Assembly (NCBI RefSeq): GCF_036588685.1
Contig: NC_086381.1
Coordinates: 73,222,001 to 73,286,000 of the forward strand
Reading direction: 5' to 3'
Length of the DNA: 64,000 bases
From: Mytilus trossulus
Lineage: Eukaryota
In this document: piece after piece, positions 23,378 to 36,175 of the stretch
Position numbering within the stretch: the stretch's first letter is position 1
How the letters are laid out: every line of letters begins with the position of its first letter
Notes under the pieces: model-generated
The model's input: the letters and a program-made list of their open reading frames with translations, nothing else
Told to the model about the DNA's origin: nothing
Databases searched by the model: none
Position numbers and translations under genes: made by a program

Positions 23378-26300
23378 TTAAAAATCGTCATCCAGACTTT
23401 CTGTAAGGAATGCTTTATCGCTGTCTTTCTCCTCAGTGTTTCCTTGGTTATATGATTCACCATATTCCTTATTTAATAACTGACCACAGGTATCTATCAA
23501 CGTTGACAAATCTTCCTTTGTAGTGTACCGTGAATTATCTTCGTCTGGAGTTTCCGTGTCCGTGCTCCATTCTGGCTCTTCCTGATTGACAAACACTTCA
23601 GGTTCCTCACAAAAGGATACATGTTTACTGGATTGGTTTAAAGCATTGTCATCCTGTCTTTCTTTTTCACTTTCTTCTTTTTTTTCTTCTGTCTTATTTT
23701 CAGTTCTATTACTGTCAACTTCATCAAAGCCAACAGTTTGCTCTTTTTCATTCACTTTCGAATTTTTAACATCTGCATCATCTAATTCTTCTGGAAGATC
23801 CAAATATGTGTCCATATTTACATTTTGTGTTTCCTTTTTTGTTTGGGAAGGTTGATTAGTTTCTTCTACATTTTCTTCCTTTTTCGTTGCATTTTCATCA
23901 GCATTTCCATTTACATATTGTGTATCATTTTCAATTTTGTCCTCTATTTTTGTGTCATGTGACTTAGTATTTATATTATCATATTTAATATCTTCTGATG
24001 AACTGGTATGTTCAACATCATCATTTAAAGGTACCAGTTCCCTAGATGCCTCGACTTCTTGAGGTTCTATCGAACCACTTTTTCTCAAAGTTTCTTCAGA
24101 AAAGAGTTTTTTCTGCATGTTTGCTAAATGTGTCGGTACACCTTGTTCTGGTGGGAAGGGCAGTATAAATGGATTGGCCTGATCCTCACTGTTCATGATT
24201 TCCTCGACATGTGCAGGGGCACTTGAGGGAACGGGTGAGTATGGTGATCTCATGGGAACAGGAACTTTTCTCCCAGCAGCTGGGGCTGTTCCTGGTCTCT
24301 GGTATATTCTTCCAGACACTTTTAAAGATTCTACTGTTCGATCTTTAGCAGTGCCTGGTCTATCGTCAGCCATTTTATAAGAATGAGACTTTGAGGGAGG
24401 TTTAGGAGATTTGCTCCCATCAAAACTTCCACCACCAAATGACCTATTTGCAGTGGCATCATATCGTTTAATGCCAGTATCAACTGATTTTCTTTCATTC
24501 AGCATTGTATGAATTCTCTTTTTAGCAACTTCTGGCACAAGTTTGGACATCTCTGGATCAGATTTTGATAGAACTTCTTTCTGTCTAATTTTTTCCTGTT
24601 TTCTTTTTTCTTTATCTTCTTTCCTTTTTGTATTAACCCAGTCATCATATGTTAATCTCAAGTTCTTATCACTTTCGTCCTTTGCTGATTGCCAATGTTC
24701 TTTCTCTGTGTGAGTTGACTGTAGTTTAGGCTGAGCACTCATTGGTCTATTTCTCATGTTCAGTTTAATTTTTCCTGCTACAGGCCTTTTATACATAAAC
24801 TTTGAAGTAGGTGGCAGTGGATCGTGACTTTTCTGATCATTTAAATCAAATTTTAGATGTTCTGATGAGGTCCCTAACTGGTCCTGTACTGTCTGTGCGG
24901 TACTATCTGTATTCTCTGTTGCTTCACCATTTTTCTTTGTTTTATATGAATGACGAGGACTCTTTTGTTTCCATTGTGATGGTGCAGTCTGCGCACGTAC
25001 AGTTATGCCTCTGGTAGGTGATGACAATTCAATTCTTATTTTTTCCTGCAGTTCAAGCTCTTTTTCATGTTGTTTTTTCTCCTTAAGAGTTTTCCTATAG
25101 TCTTTTTCTTTTTCTGAAATCCATTTTTTCACAATTTTCTGAGATTCCAATCTGCGTTCAAACTTATCATTTGCCTCCAAAACTAACTTCTCTCTTTCTT
25201 CCCTTTTCTTCTTTCTTTCTTCCTTTTCTTTTTTCCTGTGGTCTTTGTCTTTTTGTTTTAACCACTTTATTAAATCAGGATTTTTGCTTGCTTTAATATG
25301 ATGAATTTCTGGTTCGTTTGACCTTGATCTTGGAGACAATGTCCTTGACCCAGAGTAGTCTGACCTTGATCTTGGAGAAAGTGTCCTTGACCCTGTGAGA
25401 TCAGAGGTACTGTCCAATGTAGAATTCAGTGTTGTTTTTGAATCTGATTTCTTTACTTTTTTCTTCTTCTTTTTCATCATAACTGGACGAGGATCAACAA
25501 TGACCTTGCCCTGTCTGGCAGCGGATGTGTTTTGAACTCGCTGGACACTAATGTATGTGTGATCGTCGCCAAAATCACCTGAAATAGAATTGTGAGTTGA
25601 TTAAATTTATTCTTGCATTTTGCTCTACATGTGGATTTTGTTATAGATGCCACAACTAAAATACTCAGTATACTTATATATCATACCTGTATAGATAAAC
25701 ACAAGTAAAAAAAATGGCCCTAAGAACAATTGCTCCTACAAAAATGTATGGAGAGAAGGCATAACTCATATGTTACAACGGATCTCTTTATTTATCCGTT
25801 AATCAATTAGACTGTTTTTGTATCGGTTTGTGTTCTTATTTTTTTGTACGGTACATATTCACATGTCTGTTTCTTTAATCTGATCTAAGAAAAAAAAATC
25901 AGATTTATCTCCCTTGAGTAACTTTCTAACCAAGCATCTCAAATAAACAAATCAATTCTATCTCTTAATTAATAAATAATTTACAACTTCATTAAATCTG
26001 CAAATTAATTTAAAACTTGTTTATAAAGAGTCAGACATTGATTTATGTTTGTAATTAGGTGAAATTTGTTATTACTTTTAAAAGTCTTTATTTGTATTTG
26101 TCACATTGCTGAGAATATATATATGGTGCTGAGAATTTCCAATTACAGTTTTGTACCTTTTTAACCAAAGCGATTTTGTTTTACAAGTCAGGATGTCTGA
26201 CTTAAAAGTATAACAAATTTTATCAATTACAATGTATATGTAGAAAATTATAGGGAATTATGATTGCAATTTTATGTTTAGCTTGCACCTTCAATATCAA

Positions 26301-29300
26301 GGCAATATTGTTTATAAAAGTTGTTAAATTATGTCAGCTATTGACTATCAAGATTATCATATCAAAGTAAATAACTTGTTTTAGTGTTAGAAATATCATT
26401 ACATTTGTACCTGAATCTTGTACATTTGTACATGTATGTTCCACAACTTGGTTTGCAATTTGAAAGATTTTATGAAATTTTTATTCACGGTTTTATATCT
26501 TGGCAAGTTCCAAAATCATGGCTAATCACTTCTTTTTACAGGAATTAAGTTATGTTCTGACATGAGAAATGAAAATTCTAATTCAAATTGTATTGTAAGT
26601 GCTCTGAAGAGTATAATCATTGCCAGATATTTATGAAATTTATATCACAGGTTTATACATGTACATCAAAGATTCAGACAAGCTGATCAATTATTTTAAT
26701 AGAAGGTACATTGTATGTCCCTTAGAAATTTAAATTATACATAAAATTTGCATAATTAGTGCTCTCAAGTGTTAAATTCTTTCAGATAATACTGAATATT
26801 TTGTCAAAGGTCTGTTGCTGCAATGTCTCAAACAATTCAAAAATCAGCGCCCATATTTTTTTGTTGAAATTTGACATAAAGAGTTATGTCCCTTTAAAGT
26901 GTCAATCAAATTAATAGAAAATTTCATTGTAGGCAATCTATTCTATCCAGATTGTTCTCAAATTTACATCATAGGTTAATATCAGTTACAAATGTATGTA
27001 TCAACAAGAATGTACACGAATGCCCCACTGGCACTAGCTTTCAATTTCTACATTGTATGTTCAGTGGACCGTGAAATTTGAGTCAAAACTCTAATTTGGC
27101 ATTACATTAGAAAGATCATATTAGAAAGATCATATCAGAAAGAACAGGTATACTGAGTTACAGGTTGATTGGACTAAAACTTCATCAAAAACTACCTCAA
27201 ACAAAAACTTTAACCTGAAGCGGGACAGACAAACGAACGGGTGAACGAACAAACAAACAAAAGATGGATGCACAGACCAGAAAACATAATGCCCCTCTAC
27301 TATCATAGGTTGGGCATAAAAAACTACCTTGACCAAAAAATATAACCTGAAGCAGGACAGATGGAAGAACTAACTAAAAAACATAATGGGGTAGAAAAAA
27401 TCTAAAATAAATTTATGTGGGCAAGAAAAGATGGAAAATTTAAAATATAGTATGTGGGTTGAAACCATTTGTTATTCTGATGTTATGTAATATAATATTG
27501 GTTTATTTGTACTTAAATTTATCTCTGTTCATTTAATATGCACAATATTAAAAAGACTTGGTTTCTATGTGCATCAGACATGTTCAAGGTACAAATAATT
27601 GCAGTTACTGTCTGTTGATCAGCATTTATAATTGCTCATATCCATATTTCAATCTATCATGCATATAGAAATCATTAAATATCATATAGTCAAGTAGAAG
27701 ATCAACAAAAACAGGTTTTTAACGTGCATGTACATTTGAAGTGGAGGATAAATTGATTCAACAGTGAATAATTTAAGCCTGTAAATTTCATACTTTAGCA
27801 AAACTTATCACTTGAAAACATTTTAAAATACTTGTACCATCATTATCATGCCCAATACATGTAGTTTATATCAAAAGCCATTCACAATGATGACCTGCTA
27901 TATTCCTAGGACATTAAAAGTAATCAGAACCACCTCTGTTTGGGGTTTACAACCCTGTTTGAGATCCATATATATTGACTTTTTATGGACCAGGTAGAAA
28001 AGTTCTCAAAAGGACATTGACATAATAAGTCATTTACAACTGAACATTGTGTCTGAACAATTGCTGTGCTCATTGTTGAAGGCTGTACGGTGACCTATAG
28101 TTGTTAATGTCTGTGTCATTTTGGTCTCTTGTGGACAGTTGTCTCATTGGCAATCATACCACATCTTCTTTTTAATATAAATGGTCAATTATTTTAACAC
28201 AATGAGCAAAATATTTATTAACTAGAATAATTTAAAGCAAACATATATATCCATACAAAAAAGCAAACAATTGCAGAACAATACATAGAGCACAACAAGA
28301 CTTTCTGAATTTGTCTTGGGCTTACAAACTAGCATTGCTCTAGGAAAGACTGTTGGTCAGGACATTTAACATGTTCAAAGAGGTTAGATAATAGACAGCT
28401 GTTAAATGACCAGCAAATTGAATGTGTAATAAGGACAGAAAAATTTGATACACTATGAATATAAATGCTTCTATGTACTACACTCTGAATGACAATCTTA
28501 GACTGAAACACGTCTTTTTAAAAATGTGCAATTACATGTACATGTAGTTAAGAAGGAGGCGGTCAGCAGAAGACCTAAGCTACCTCAGTCCCTGGACCCA
28601 TTATTCTGACTCATGACAAACATGTCTTTGTATCAACAACAAAATGCTGTATGCTTAACTGAGAATCGACAAATAAATGTACTCGTACTTAGTCTTTGGT
28701 TTGACCTACATGTAGTAGAGTTAAGAACCCATGACCCAAGTATTTTTGTTATTTTTACATTATTCTTCTATTTAGTCATGTACAAATTAAATGTAACAGA
28801 AATTACAACTACAGAAACTTTATCATTTTTAATCTACTTTAGAATTTTTCCAACTATTTACTTGGTGTCTACAGACTTAAGATTTCTATATATATGCATC
28901 AAAGCATTTTAAAATTTTAAATATGTAATTGAAGGCACTTGTTTACACCTACATGTTCCTGTATTCAAATTGTCATGCATGTACCTTTGAATGTGTGTTT
29001 TAAGGATTACAAGGTTTAATTTACATTTTACAATACCAGTTTACTATTGTACAGTTAAAATGTCTGCATGTTAAATAAAGGTAAAGAACTGGGAACACCC
29101 AGAAATCTTACTTTAAAGGTGAGCTTTCATTGAAATGCTTTTTGTGATACAAATTTATAAACCCATTTTGAGGAATATTTTTGAAATGTCATTTGATTTT
29201 GATTTACTTTCATCGCTTTTTCTGAGGAAATTTGTTCTTTTGTTAATTAAATATTTTATAGACATACTTTCTTAAAGATAAGATTTTAAATATATCATCA

Positions 29301-32300
29301 TTTTAAGACGAAAAGTTAACAATAATCAAAACTTCATGTGATTCCCTTGCTCTATTTTGTCATGGGAACTGCAATAATACATGCATTTTACGAAAACAAT
29401 TGTACTAGTAAAATGATTGGCTTAAAATGACGAGTATCTAAACTGCTTTGCAAATTCAACAGTGATGAGTACATTAAGAAGTTTGAGGACTATATTTTGA
29501 CAAAAATTTTACTTATAAATTACATTCTTTTTCTTTTTCAGAGGGGCAAGTGGAATATTTATAATTCTAATGCAATTTGGATGTAACAATTTTTTTCATT
29601 GGCTAAAAGTTGCTGTCAATCCACAGTTGACCAGGCTTTACTAAGGAGGGACCCACCATTTTGAATTGATGAATCAATAAATGTTCGATTACTGCTATAT
29701 ATACAATCGAAAATAAAACAACACCTACCTCAAATTAGTCGTTTTAATGTAATTTTATCCAAATTTGAAGCGTACAGGTAACGTAATAACGTCCAGTTTG
29801 TAAATTTTCATTTGTATGACGTCACGTTTAGCCATGACGTCTTTGTGCCAAAATCATTAATGAAGTTTCGCGTTTTTTTTTTATTTGACATAATTAGACA
29901 TTTTTTCTAGTTTTATCATATTTTTTCTTTTTGTAATGCATTAGAATCGGAATAACAGTACTGTAGTTAAAGAGTTGCCACCGTCAATTTTGATTTGACA
30001 GTCGCAAATCTCCGTGTTACCGTCTCCGCTACGTGTCGCCAGTAAAACTGCATTTGCGACCGTCAAATCTACAATTGGCGGTGGCAACTCTTCATCTACA
30101 GTACTGTTAGTCCTTAATTATTACATTTTTTGCAATGAATTACATTGATTTCCCAGTTAAATAAAAACCGATAATTTCACATGTGAAAAAAACGTGGTTA
30201 TTTCACTCTCTGACGTCCTACTATAAGTTATATGGTTTGCTACTGACCCTCTACGGATCCACAGAGGGTTAGTAAAATCCATAGGGGGTGAGGCCTGAGG
30301 CCCAACCTTATGAATTTTATTCACCCTCTATGGATCTGTAGGGGGTCAGTAGTTAACCGTATAACGAATTTATCGGACGCTGGACTTTTTCTGCTGCCTT
30401 TGGTTGAAAAATAAACAATGAAACACAACAACATTAATAGATGACGTCGCCATTAACGCGTCATGAACCCCATATGAAACTTACTATCCCCATACGGTCT
30501 CATGGGGGGTCACCACGTGATGGCGTTTAACCAATCACAATGCGATAATTCATCTGTGGTCTGATAAAACAATAGGCATTGTCAAGACATCGAAAACGTC
30601 GGATCAAAACATGTGTAGGAAAAAGATATAGTTCCTTACATTTTCTATATTAATTTCATAAAAAAAGAGTCCTTTGCCAATATGTAATAAAAAGAATAAC
30701 TAATAAAAAAATTCAAATTTCGAAAAATATTCAACTTGTGACCTAACAACACTGATAATTAACTCATGCGCTATGGGCATTTGTGAATTAATGTGTTGTT
30801 CCGTCACAAGTTGAGTATTTTTCTCTATTTGAATTCTGCGATTAGTTATTCTACAAAGAATTCCCAACTAATAATTAAATACAATGATAATATCAAGGTC
30901 CAATACAGACAATTTTAATTTAGGCAAGTAAGAAAAGTTACTAAATCTTTTTATCAAAATTGTATTAAGAAAATTTTGAGTTGCTTATTGCTGTTTCTTT
31001 TATACATATATATCATTGCCTTATCAATTTAACCACATATTCATGTCCTGAATATATAATGCAGTAATTTAAAACATTGTAAAATATTAAACAAAAGGAT
31101 ACTTAATCAACTTATTTATGTATTTATGTTTATGATTGCCAAGATATGAACCATTTATAGTTATCAATTTAAACGCCTCCATACAAAAAACAAATTATTT
31201 AAAATATATCTTTAACCAGTTTAAGTGCACAAACACATTTAAAGAGTTAAAGGGATTATTTATATGTAAATATATATAACTTTAAACCAATTTTAAGTCA
31301 TTTTTGTAAGTGAATAATTTGTTTGGCAATCAGTCTCGAGTCTTGTTTGTTACATGTACATGTAGTTTCAATTACAGTTCTCTGTTACATATATATTTCA
31401 AAATTATATTACCTACAGCCAGTGTACATGGTGTATACATTTTATGAATTATTCCCCATTAATTTTTCCAATCTCAATTTATAACTGTAAATTCAGAAAT
31501 TATTGCAATGTATTTATAAAGGCAGAAATGGGACCATGCATGGTGACAGGGTTATAATCGCAATAATTTAAACTTGAATTTTTGATATGAATTAAACAAG
31601 ATTTTTCTCGATATATATCGTAAAAGTTAAAATCACATTTTAGTCTTAAATGACAAAATTGCAATATAAAATGCATGCAATAATTTCTGAATTTTCAGTA
31701 TATACATGTGCATTGTACATGTATGTGTACAAACAAAAATGTATCATTAAATTGAAAAGTAAAAGGAATCTTTAAGCATTAAGCCATGTTAGAAGCCATG
31801 AGATTATAACCAAATCGCAATTAAAACTAGATGTGCGACACGAATGGCCCCGACCAAAAAATTGAAAAATCTGCAATTTCAATAACACATTTGGACACAA
31901 ACATGATGGTAGTCTCACATTGATATGTTCATAATCATAAATTAACTGTTAACAAAACTCAGCTCAAAATGTGGAGGTCTATAGAAAAAAAGTCTGTATA
32001 AATGTGATTTTCAAAGTTGTAAACCCTGAATTTTGGCAAAAATTTATGGAGCGGAACAAAACTAAAACTTGATCTGTAACTCAACATGAGTAACTCATAT
32101 ACCAAAACAGCTCAATATCTGAAAGCATTTAGAAAAAAGTGTATAACTGTGATTTTCAACACTTTATCAAAGTCCAAAGACCGTAAATTTGGGAAAAATT
32201 AGCAGAGTGGAACAAAACTTAAATTAGACCTGTATCTCATCATGGTTACCTCACATACCAAAGATCAGCCCAAAATCTGAAAGCATTTAGAAAAAAAGTC

Positions 32301-34589
32301 TGTATAACTGTGATTTTCAACAATTTATCAAAGTCCAAAGCCTGTAATTTCGGAAAAAAATTGCAGAGTGGAACAAAACTTAAACTTGATCTGTAACTCA
32401 TCATGGTTAAATCACATACATGTACCAAAAATCTGCCATATATAATATATATATATAAAATGACTGAATAAATAGTCAACGATAAATCTTACGGGGCGAT
32501 GGATCATATAAACATGATGCAGTACACTACATAATATAATATATAACAAGTCTAAAAAAATACAAAATCACCAAAAACACAATAAAACGAACAATATGTT
32601 AGATATTTCGAATAACAGATATCCTTCTTCGGTAATTGCATGATGAAAAATGAATCTTGTCAATTCAAATTAATACTCTATCAAAATCTTGATTTATACA
32701 ATTTAAGCGAACGCTGAAACAATTTTCAAATTTTCAAACACACCGCAAAGACTACAAAAATATGCCAAAAATAAAAAAAGTTATTTACGATGTGAACTGG
32801 CACAACTCTAAATTCCCAAAGGTGTTGACAGGTTTTAAACAACTGCGTGGAAATACAGTCCCAATAAACAGTCCTGACCGATCTAAACTGGTATGATATT
32901 TAAAATATGACAACGGTAGGGCAGTTGCATCAGAGACTGCGTATTTAAACATCTAAAAAATATAGTAATTTGATGATAAGAAAATTGAGTAATAAATTTT
33001 TACTAAGGTTAAGTAATAGAACGTGGCTGCGTACTTACACATCCTTGCCAACTGTAATCAAAACTAATATAATCCAAAAATTCCTGAAAAGTGTAAGGGT
33101 CCAGTACGGAAGCCGTAGTAACTGGCCACAAGTGATGACAGGAAATTAGCAGTTGTTTAACATCTCAACTGTCAACACCTTTGGGAATTTAGAGTTGTGC
33201 CAGTTCACATCGTAAATAACTTTTTTTATTTTTGGCATATTTTTGTAGTCTTTGCGGTGTGTTTGAAAATTTGAAAATTGTTCCAGCGTTCGCTTAAATT
33301 GTATAAATCAAGATTTTGATAGAGTCTTAATTTGAATTGACATGATTCATTTTTCATCGTGCAATTACCGAAGAAGGATATCTGTTATCCGAAATATCTA
33401 ACATATTGTTCGTTTTATTGTGTTTTTGGTGATGTTGTATTCTTTTAGACTTGTTATATAATATATATATATATATATATCTGAAGGCGTTTAGAAAAAA
33501 CTCTGTATAATGGTTTGTTGTGGAATGACGGATTACAGAATTTCAGAATTGCTGGGGCATAAAAATTCTGAATTCACAGTATACACATTTTCCAATTTAC
33601 TTACTTGTTAAAGTGTCCCTTGACCGTGACCTGACTTTAGTCAGACCTTGTGGTGCACCTCTTTTTACTCTCATACTTGCTGGTAAACTCCTGGGAACCA
33701 GTACACCACTTGGAGGTAAACCATGACTGGCACTAATATACTGGTCCCTTAAACTGTGCATCTGTTCACATTGCTGTTGAGTCATCTGGGCATGGGTACC
33801 AGAAAACTGAGTTGCCATTAAATTATGAAGTTCTTTGTATTTTTGTTTAATTCTCTCTTCAATAAATATATCTGGATTAATATCAAATGACCGATATTTT
33901 CTAACTTCTCCTCTCTTCAAAAGCTTTTTTCGTTTCCCCTTGCGACCAGTATCACTGGCAGTATCATGAGTTACATGTCTTTCTATGGTAGTTTTAACAG
34001 GGGCACTTTGTGTTGATGATAATGAATCTGATCTTGGTTCTTTTACAGGAGATTTGGGGGTTGAAGGTGATTTTGATCTTTCCCGTACTTTCTTTCTGGA
34101 ATATTCCACCGATGATGAACGAGACCTAGAGCTGGTTGAGGATGAAGAAGATGTTCGTGAGCGTGAACGAGATCTGGAATAAGAACTCCCACTTGATCGT
34201 GAATATGATCTTGATTTTGAGGATGGTTTAACCAATCTTGCTCTATCTTGTGATCCAGAAGACCAAAAACTTGAAGAGGAATCAGACCTTGATTTAGAAC
34301 TTCCTGATCGTGACCTTGACCTACAACCATTTTCTGGCAGGGGAACTATAACCTTTCCATGACTAGTGTCCTTCACCTCATGTGAATTTTCTCTAACAAT
34401 TTTAACTCTTTGACGTGACTGTCTATCAGGGTTGTTGGCACTTTTCTTCTTCATTTTGGGACTTTTAGGGCTTGTCTCTTTTACAAGATTTACAAAGAGA
34501 TCTTTTTGTTCATTTGTTATTTCACCGTCAGAACTGCTCTGAATAAGTTTTTCTAGCAATAACAATTTTTCAGACTTTAGCTTGGACAT
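23378..34589 (-). CDS. Uncharacterised ~1061-aa RS-rich, charged coiled-coil protein (loose MAP9/CCDC34/CCDC181-like WxxxK helices), 2 large coding exons
   Basis: Exon 34589-33605 (ATG MSKLKSEK downstream of an acceptor at 34612/34613; donor A|GTAAGT, phase 1) joins exon 25578-23378 (acceptor tttcag, phase 1) in frame as ...RDTLT-S-DFGDDHTY...; total 3186 nt. It contains KWLKQK, KWISEK and DWVNTK helices, RPxSA/RPxTA motifs and an acidic tail. The family assignment is tentative, and extra small exons in the 8-kb intron cannot be excluded. Confidence 0.8.
27002..27322. mobile_element. Short HINE-like element
   Basis: Reads aacaagaatg...gaatgcccc, then a GAAC/GACA microsatellite, and ends aatgcccc...gggcataaaaa. 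Reverse-orientation relatives lie at ~45020-45200 and ~45845-46140. Confidence 0.65.
29949..30113. repeat. Long imperfect palindrome (hairpin) at the end of a dispersed element
   Basis: taacagtactgtag...agagttgccaccgtcaatt pairs with aattggcggtggcaactct...ctacagtactgtta. Confidence 0.8.
30227..30365. repeat. Imperfect palindrome (hairpin)
   Basis: gttatatggtttgctactgaccctctacggatccacagaggg pairs with ccctctatggatctgtagggggtcagtagttaaccgtataac. Confidence 0.8.
30693..30852. repeat. Imperfect palindrome (hairpin)
   Basis: agaataactaat...tcaacttgtgac pairs with gtcacaagttga...attagttattct. Confidence 0.75.
31825..33565. mobile_element. HINE-like element with ~120-bp internal repeats, interrupted by a nested foldback
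   Basis: Starts aactagatg...cgaatggccccg, carries repeated ctgaaagcatttagaaaaaagtctgtataac units and ends gctggggcataaaaa. The last unit is split across ~32440 and ~33480. Confidence 0.65.
32541..33459. mobile_element. Foldback/MITE with ~290-bp near-perfect terminal inverted repeats in (TA)n context
   Basis: 32541-32831 is the reverse complement of 33169-33459 with only scattered mismatches. The core is about 340 bp and both flanks are TA runs. Confidence 0.9.
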
Positions 34590-35584
34590 TCTATAACATA
34601 AGATTCCAAATCTGAAATTAAAAATAAAACTGCACTTTAGGTGAAAAATAGAAAATATTATTTTGTGACAATAAGAGACAAACTCACGACTCAAGAGGCA
34701 TTCAAATTCATAAGTTGAAAATAGACTGAAAGCCCCATGTAAATAATAAATAAATAAATCTAATTTCTATGAATGAACAGATAATTCAACCAAATATTAA
34801 TGTCATGCCTTTTTCAAAAATAATAAACCAAAAAATTCAAAATGAAATGTATTAGTGTAATAGCTTTTCTAGGGTACATGTAGTAGGTGGTCAGTGCTTA
34901 TACAAAAATAAGGAGATGTGGTATGACAGTAACTGCCAATGGCAATGAGACATGCATGCAACTTCCCAGACGAGACCAATTGACATGTACAAATATAAAG
35001 TTAACAACAACAGGCCTTAAATAATTCACGAATTAACTTTTTAAGTCTGTTCCAAAAAAATGTATGAGTATTTGGCACAGAATAATATCATATATTTCAG
35101 AGGAGAATATTGTTGTACCTACAAGCACACAGAAGGTAAGAATTTGTACAATGTACATGTATAAATGCAAAACATCTAGTGGTGACGGGTCGATGAAGAT
35201 TTCAGGGCAAAATTGGGTCTCAAAGTTGACACGAACACTCAAAGTCCAGGATAAAACAATAGCTTCAGAGTAATGATTGTAAGAAGGCATCACTGCAAGA
35301 GATGAAAATATCCTCTCAAAGCCTCATTTTAATACCATTTGGGTGCAAGAAAACTCTGACTAGAGACATATCAGAAGGTTTACAAAAATGACAACCCAAA
35401 CCATCAATACTTTATAGGTCAACTCAGACATTTGATAAAGTCAATTCATCTCTAAAGTTAATTTGATAAGTCAACTCAGGCCGTTTCTAATCTCAACTAC
35501 ATGTATGTATATATAATACTGGTAAGACAAATATAGAATTGGAGTTTTTATAAATATAAATGATTTAATGACTGCATGTGTCTG

Positions 35585-35890
35585 AAGAGAAAAGAGGGAT
35601 GAAAGATAGCAGAGGGACAGTCACATTCATAAATCAAAATATAAACTGACAACGCCATGGCTAAAAATGAAAAAGACAAACAGACAAACAATAGTACACA
35701 TGACACAACATAGAAAACTAAAGAATAAACAACACGAACCCCACCAAAAACTAGGGTTGATCTCAGGTGCTCTGGAAGGGTAAGCAGATCCTGCTCCCTA
35801 TGTGGCACACGTCGTGTTGATTATGTGATAATAAATCTGGTGAATAGTCTAATTTGGTAGGTCACATTTATGAAAGGGAAGGGGATTGTA
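35585..35890. repeat. Dispersed repeat (gatctcaggtgctctggaagggtaagcag family)
   Basis: Related to ~13585-13810 and, in reverse, ~63620-63705. It accounts for ORF 35548-35808. Confidence 0.65.
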
Positions 35891-36175
35891 TTTACAACGT
35901 AAGGAAGTGATGCTGTCTATAACCGGCTGATAACGCAAATACATGTAAGAAAGGTTGAGTTATGATGCCTATTTTCACTATAGATACAAACAACAGAAAT
36001 ATCAGCTCAGACCATCTTTGAAGAAAAGTTCTATATACATGTACAATATATATTGACAAGGACGCTATAGGCAATTTATATTGACAAGTTGAAAGATTGA
36101 ATATAATTTTAAAGTAAAATGATGACATAAACAATTTATAATAGAGGAATTTTTACGAATTGTCACAGGCCCAAA

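Noticed and set aside
34590-34694. N-terminal extension of ORF 33597-34694
   Set aside because: It starts at a non-ATG codon and crosses a splice acceptor at 34612/34613. The ATG at 34589 is the more plausible start.
35548-35808. 86-aa ORF with a hydrophobic segment
   Set aside because: It lies wholly within a dispersed repeat that has degenerate copies elsewhere in the window.
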